Positions 59,640 to 64,000 of a stretch of 64,000 nt of DNA are shown here, one piece after another. Each line of letters begins with the position of its first letter. Positions within the stretch are counted from its first letter, which is position 1. This stretch comes from a bacterium (lineage in GTDB: Bacteria; SZUA-182; DTGQ01; JAFGSM01). The notes under the pieces were generated by a model. It searched no databases. It saw only the letters and a list, made by a program, of their open reading frames with translations, and was not told the origin of the DNA. The position numbers were made by a program, and so were the translations under genes. Where the stretch lies: assembly GCA_049472355.1 (NCBI GenBank), contig JBLIRP010000002.1, positions 1,118 through 65,117 of the forward strand. The letters are read 5' to 3'.

Positions 59640-61355
59640 TTATTCAGCCAATATCCGCGAAATTCTTCGATTGATGTAGTTGACCTTTTTCTTTAATCTA
59701 TATTTTGTATGGATTCTGGATTCAAGCGTTCTCGCGGACTTTGTTATGACACGCACCCTGCGTGCCAAGCCTTTTGGTATCTCTTTGAATAAATTTAACA
59801 TGCAAAGCAAAAGACAAAACAGCCACGGTTTATTTAATTTAGTCGCTATGTAACTCGCGCCCTTCTCCCTTCTTTTAAGAGCCAAGTCCAATGTTCTCCC
59901 CGCTAAACTGGAGGTAAACCATTCATCCGCATTGATCATTTTCAATAATGTCTGAAAGGCGGCTATCTCTTCTTTTATCCGCTTCTTGATTTCCTCCGGT
60001 GGCTCGTTTGTTGGTTCTTGGGTAAGTAATATTTGCAGGTACTTGATAAGAAATCGGACCCTTTGCATGACTTCGTATTTTTCTCTGTTTGATAGTTCTC
60101 CTTCCAGTTTTTCGGCCAAATTTAGACGAAGTTCCTCTATCAAATCCAGCTCGTAGGCACTTGAAAACTTGAATCTTTCTCCAAACAGGGAAGGGATCCC
60201 AACAAAAATATCGGCAACCTCCTGCAATCGGTATATTTGGAGCAACTTATTGAAATTCTCCCAACACGGGAGCATGTTTGGTGTTTCTTTCGGAACGTTC
60301 GCATTGTTCCAAACCGTACTGCATGGATATAGTTTTAAGAATTGATCTATATCCACATGGTCGACATCGAGATTATATTCCTGGGTTACCCTTGGGAAGC
60401 AGGACTTGGTCAGATTCAAGAATTCCTCCCAGTTCGGGTATTTGTTCAGAAAACGGTCCAGCACGACTCCGGCTATAAGGATCATATGAAATTTAATTGT
60501 ACCGAGCTCCATTTTGATATCTGCATGAATATCACCAAGGCCGTCGGTAATCATAATGATCTCGGCCTGTCTCATATCGGGATCGTTTTTTATGTCTTTG
60601 ATGGCCGTTAGTATAGCCTCATTTATTTTTGTTTCATAACACTCGACCGTATGCAGGTTAATCAGATATCTTATGAGTTCCTTTATTTGTCCGGATTTCG
60701 TAATCTGCTGCAACTGGCCCATCTCCTGATTAAAAAAACGAAAGTATATCTGAGGGCTCTCCTTCCGGACTCTTCGAAGATATTCAATACAGATTGCCTT
60801 GGCAGCATAGAGCTTGTTCAGTTGGTCACCTTCCATGGAGCATGAATTATCAAATAGGATATAGACCTTTTGTCTCTTGTTTAATTCCTTGTCCTTTCCA
60901 TAAACCAGATCAGAAACAGATAAGCCTTCGGGATCGATGAATTTTTTCCTGTATAACTCATGATTGATGAGTTTTTTGTAAAAAAGATCCTCTGTATTGA
61001 TCAAAAATTCTCTGGGCAGGATATGCAATATTTGGCTTGTTGAAGTCACTTTTCCAATATCGACATTATCAGCCAATTCTGAATCTATAATCATATCATT
61101 TCTATCGATTTCCTCCTTCACTTTGTTGTCTTCGAAGATCCTATTTCTCTCGAGAATGGGCGCCATTCTCCCCTTGATTGGATACGCGGTATCCATTGAA
61201 AAAAGGCACCGTGCAATAAAAAATATCTTTATCCATTCCTTTGGTAGACCATCACTAACATTCCGGATATCATCCGGAAAACAATCCGGTATGTTCAAAA
61301 TATCTAAATAACACTCCGGCTCTATAAAGAACCAATGGTTAAGGAATTCATTCAT
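59640..61355 (-). CDS. von Willebrand factor A (vWA) domain protein, partner of the upstream AAA+ ATPase
   Basis: 571 aa. Central MIDAS: VYILFDNSCSM (DxSxS), ...ETK..., IIMITDGLGD. Long helical N- and C-terminal regions of unknown family. Confidence 0.82.
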   Translation of the reverse strand: MNEFLNHWFFIEPECYLDILNIPDCFPDDIRNVSDGLPKEWIKIFFIARCLFSMDTAYPIKGRMAPILERNRIFEDNKVKEEIDRNDMIIDSELADNVDIGKVTSTSQILHILPREFLINTEDLFYKKLINHELYRKKFIDPEGLSVSDLVYGKDKELNKRQKVYILFDNSCSMEGDQLNKLYAAKAICIEYLRRVRKESPQIYFRFFNQEMGQLQQITKSGQIKELIRYLINLHTVECYETKINEAILTAIKDIKNDPDMRQAEIIMITDGLGDIHADIKMELGTIKFHMILIAGVVLDRFLNKYPNWEEFLNLTKSCFPRVTQEYNLDVDHVDIDQFLKLYPCSTVWNNANVPKETPNMLPCWENFNKLLQIYRLQEVADIFVGIPSLFGERFKFSSAYELDLIEELRLNLAEKLEGELSNREKYEVMQRVRFLIKYLQILLTQEPTNEPPEEIKKRIKEEIAAFQTLLKMINADEWFTSSLAGRTLDLALKRREKGASYIATKLNKPWLFCLLLCMLNLFKEIPKGLARRVRVITKSARTLESRIHTKYRLKKKVNYINRRISRILAE

Positions 61356-61374
61356 GGATCAAAGGCCTCAGTTT

Positions 61375-62871
61375 TTATTTGGACTGCCTAAAATGAACAT
61401 CATTGAATCTTTTGACATCGTGTTCAAACCCCTCGATCAGTTCCAATGTCTCCTTCTTTATAGCCATCTCTTTGAGCAAAGAACAGCTTTCTTCGAAAAT
61501 CTCAAGCAAATGAATTAATCTTGATTTGCTCGGTCGGAACCCGATCTTATTTACAAAAGTCATCAATCTGTTTTTAATACTTGCCTCTACAAAGGAACGT
61601 TCAATTTCGTCTATGATCAACCCGAAATTCTGATGTTCTACCAATGCACCCGGATCCTTGGCGGATTTTATTGTTCGAAAAATACTCATAATATTAAATA
61701 ATCGATTTAGAAGCTGCTTATCGTCGAAAAAATATTTCTTCGTTGCATCAATGATCCCCTTTAAACGCCTTTTTTCTTCTTCCTTTCCCACGATACAGAT
61801 CAAATAATACAGGTTATTGAGGTCTCTTTCCTCCACTACTGCACGTCCGTCAAGAATTGCAGATGCCCTCAGCAGATTCTGTGTCTTTGCCGCCGTTCTG
61901 TCGCTGATCATGAAATTATAGCCGCCCTCAATCCTCTTTGACTCTTCCGTATATTTACGAATTATATAATTCTTCAGGAAAAGGATATACTCCGGAATCT
62001 TTATGGACTGTGTTTTGATCAACAGTTTAATATGATTAAGTCTTTCCAAATCCAGTGTAACATCTGATTGTCTTATTTTACCTACATTTTTTCTATAAAC
62101 CTGGTCTATTGACAATTTGTAGTATAGGTTTTTGTTTTCCATGATATAGCACTTGTATAAAAACCGATCCAGGACAGCCTCCAGCATTTCGGTCGCTCGA
62201 ATATAATTTGAAGCGGCAATAACAGTATTGAGAGGAGAATCAACTATCTGTTCACCATTTACCAGTCTTTTCTCATTCAGCAGGGTAAGAAGGGACCTCA
62301 ACAACATATCGTTAGCATCAAAGATTTCATCAAGAAAAGCAAAATCAGAGGCAACAATCGAACCCTTAATATTGTGTATCAACTTCCCTCTTTTGAGATC
62401 ATCCATGTTATAGGCACCAAACATATTATCCGGCATCGTATCTTTGGTAAGTTGCTTCTGAAATAATTTTATATCTTCGAAGGATGAAAAGATTTGTCGT
62501 GCGAGAAGGCTTTTCGCCATTCCAGTTCTTCCCAAAATTAACTGGTGCTCACCGGTCAAAATGGCATAAAAACTCTGGCGAACGATCTCTTCTCTATCCA
62601 CTATGTTTTCGCAAACGAAATTGATAATATGGTTTATCTCTCCGGTTGTTTCAAACGCAATTTGGTAGTCCGGATGGTCTATTTCGAGTATCTTATTCAA
62701 GTCCAAATCAAGACCTGTTTTTACCTTCTCCTGCTCAAGGCCCGTCATGTCATTGACTGAAGGATACTTTTGAAGCCTATCCTCCTCTTCATTCGCTTCC
62801 GTTTCTTCCGCACGGCCAATGTCTTTATAAAGATAATCTGAATCTATGCTCATAGTCTTTTCCTTTCCCAA
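61375..62871 (-). CDS. MoxR-family AAA+ ATPase, RavA-like
   Basis: LILGRTGMAKSLLARQI (compare RavA GPPGIAKS), Walker B FAFLDEIF, LLTLLNEKRLVNG...VIAASNY...LEAVLDRF. About 100-aa N-terminal and 180-aa C-terminal extensions. Confidence 0.82.
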   Translation of the reverse strand: MGKEKTMSIDSDYLYKDIGRAEETEANEEEDRLQKYPSVNDMTGLEQEKVKTGLDLDLNKILEIDHPDYQIAFETTGEINHIINFVCENIVDREEIVRQSFYAILTGEHQLILGRTGMAKSLLARQIFSSFEDIKLFQKQLTKDTMPDNMFGAYNMDDLKRGKLIHNIKGSIVASDFAFLDEIFDANDMLLRSLLTLLNEKRLVNGEQIVDSPLNTVIAASNYIRATEMLEAVLDRFLYKCYIMENKNLYYKLSIDQVYRKNVGKIRQSDVTLDLERLNHIKLLIKTQSIKIPEYILFLKNYIIRKYTEESKRIEGGYNFMISDRTAAKTQNLLRASAILDGRAVVEERDLNNLYYLICIVGKEEEKRRLKGIIDATKKYFFDDKQLLNRLFNIMSIFRTIKSAKDPGALVEHQNFGLIIDEIERSFVEASIKNRLMTFVNKIGFRPSKSRLIHLLEIFEESCSLLKEMAIKKETLELIEGFEHDVKRFNDVHFRQSK

Positions 62872-62960
62872 AACTTTAAATCGATCATGTACAATCTCCG
62901 CAACTTTTCACTCATATTTTTCTGAACCACAGTCCGACAGCAACTTATTGGAGAAGCTAT

Positions 62961-63353
62961 CTATAATTTCCCTTGCAATTCATAGGCAAACCTGTGGGCA
63001 CTTTGACGCGTCTTTTCCCAATCTTTCTTGATTATGCCTCCCTGAAAATCCTGATAAAATTTGTGATCAGTGCACCCCAGACTACAGCAATCCGATGCAT
63101 GAGAATTCACCGCCAGAGGACAGTCCTTTGAACATTCATAAAAATCACATAACGGACAGAAATTTGTTATACGCTCATCCATTTTCAGAGACCTAAAGGC
63201 CTCTCTTTTTACCATCTCTATGAGCGTAGAATTAAGAGTAAACTTTTTATTCAAATTATCAAACACTTCGTTCGATAATAAAGAAATCGCGTGCCAAATC
63301 TTGATTGAATCTGATATCGCCTGCCGTGAATCGTTATAATACATATTGATCAA
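62961..63353 (-). CDS. small Cys-rich protein, first gene of the AAA+/vWA operon
   Basis: 130 aa. CPLCDFYECSKDCPLAVNSHASDCCSLGC gives C-x2-C-x4-C-x3-C-x11-CC-x3-C, suggesting metal or Fe-S binding. No family recognised. Confidence 0.6.
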   Translation of the reverse strand: MINMYYNDSRQAISDSIKIWHAISLLSNEVFDNLNKKFTLNSTLIEMVKREAFRSLKMDERITNFCPLCDFYECSKDCPLAVNSHASDCCSLGCTDHKFYQDFQGGIIKKDWEKTRQSAHRFAYELQGKL

Positions 63354-64000
63354 TTTTAATTTTTCGGTTACAATAAAAACCAGCTATTCTTAACAAAATC
63401 TATTATTGATGACCTTCACAAAAAAAATATCGGGCCGTAAAGCGGCAAGATATGGTACGCTGTAGTTTAGTTAGTTATTTTTTTCTAATATACGTATATC
63501 CTTAATAATCATGCAACAATTGTACCCTTAATAATCTATCCACATAGTCTATTTGTATTTTAAATACAATATAATAGCAGTTTTTGTTTGGTCTCGATCG
63601 CATCAAGGTTGCGATTTAGCGACTTTGAGGAAAATTTATGGTCGCAACATTGCGACGACTATTTATTTTCACTGTCCTTGGAGCTATAGGCGATTTTTTT
63701 GTAATGTTCTTATTGATTAATCTCTGTATATGACTTCCAATGCCTTGTTTATTAAGAATAAACTTCTCGTTAAGATCCCCTGTTTGCTCAAGCGATTTCT
63801 TACGATTCTCTGATCCATCTCCTCACAAGCCTGTACTGCTGATTGATATTCTTTATGGCTGCCCGTTTTCCGGGATTTCTACTCATGGGAAGACACGTAT
63901 TGAAATTTCAGGAGTGTTATCTATTAATGGCAGGCTTTAGCACTGGAACCGATTCCGTCCGGCAATAGACGGTGACCACTATTGCGTCCTTTTTTTGGAT

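Noticed and set aside
63740-63940. 66-aa plus-strand ORF and short minus-strand frames (MSRNPGKRAAIKNINQQYRLVRRWIRES...) at the window edge, considered as possible transposase fragments.
   Set aside because: They are too short and frame-broken to assign, and the window ends before any diagnostic motif appears.

Overview
The window has two parts that differ sharply in composition. I did not calculate GC; the contrast is judged from codon third positions and A/T runs. Part 1 (about 1-42,090) is GC-rich. It starts with housekeeping genes (pcrA/uvrD, gatC, an M18 aminopeptidase, suhB, thrC, purH, a radical SAM protein) and a NapC/NirT-like multihaem cytochrome. A surface-glycan locus of about 26 kb follows, almost entirely on the minus strand. 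It encodes seven GT4 glycosyltransferases, four SAM methyltransferases, a Wzm/Wzt ABC exporter, AsnB, polytopic membrane proteins, a Wzy_C/O-antigen-ligase-TPR fusion and a Thr-type sulfatase-like enzyme. After it come two tandem type IV pilin genes behind a consensus sigma54 promoter, an outer-membrane beta-barrel, a DUF4139-like protein and a CpsB-type phosphatase. Part 2 (about 42,100-64,000) is AT-rich and holds the unusual content. (i) A divergent F-type ATP synthase operon has the order a-b-c-alpha-gamma-beta-epsilon and no separate delta gene. Its alpha subunit carries a delta-C-terminal-like N-terminal extension, its a subunit looks internally duplicated (first copy Arg->Gln), and its c subunit has a signal-peptide-like presequence. 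(ii) A 3'-truncated group II intron-like RNA sits just downstream of an orphan terminator hairpin. (iii) A redox gene set combines CooF-like and NuoE/NuoG-like Fe-S proteins, one fused to a receiver domain, with a membrane protein bearing two H-x13-H helices and a hexahaem cytochrome c. (iv) A MITE has 15-bp terminal inverted repeats and a 9-bp target-site duplication. (v) A RavA-like AAA+ / vWA / Cys-rich operon lies at the right end. No rRNA, tRNA or CRISPR array was found. All calls rest on manual motif reading of the supplied ORFs and DNA; no searches were run.
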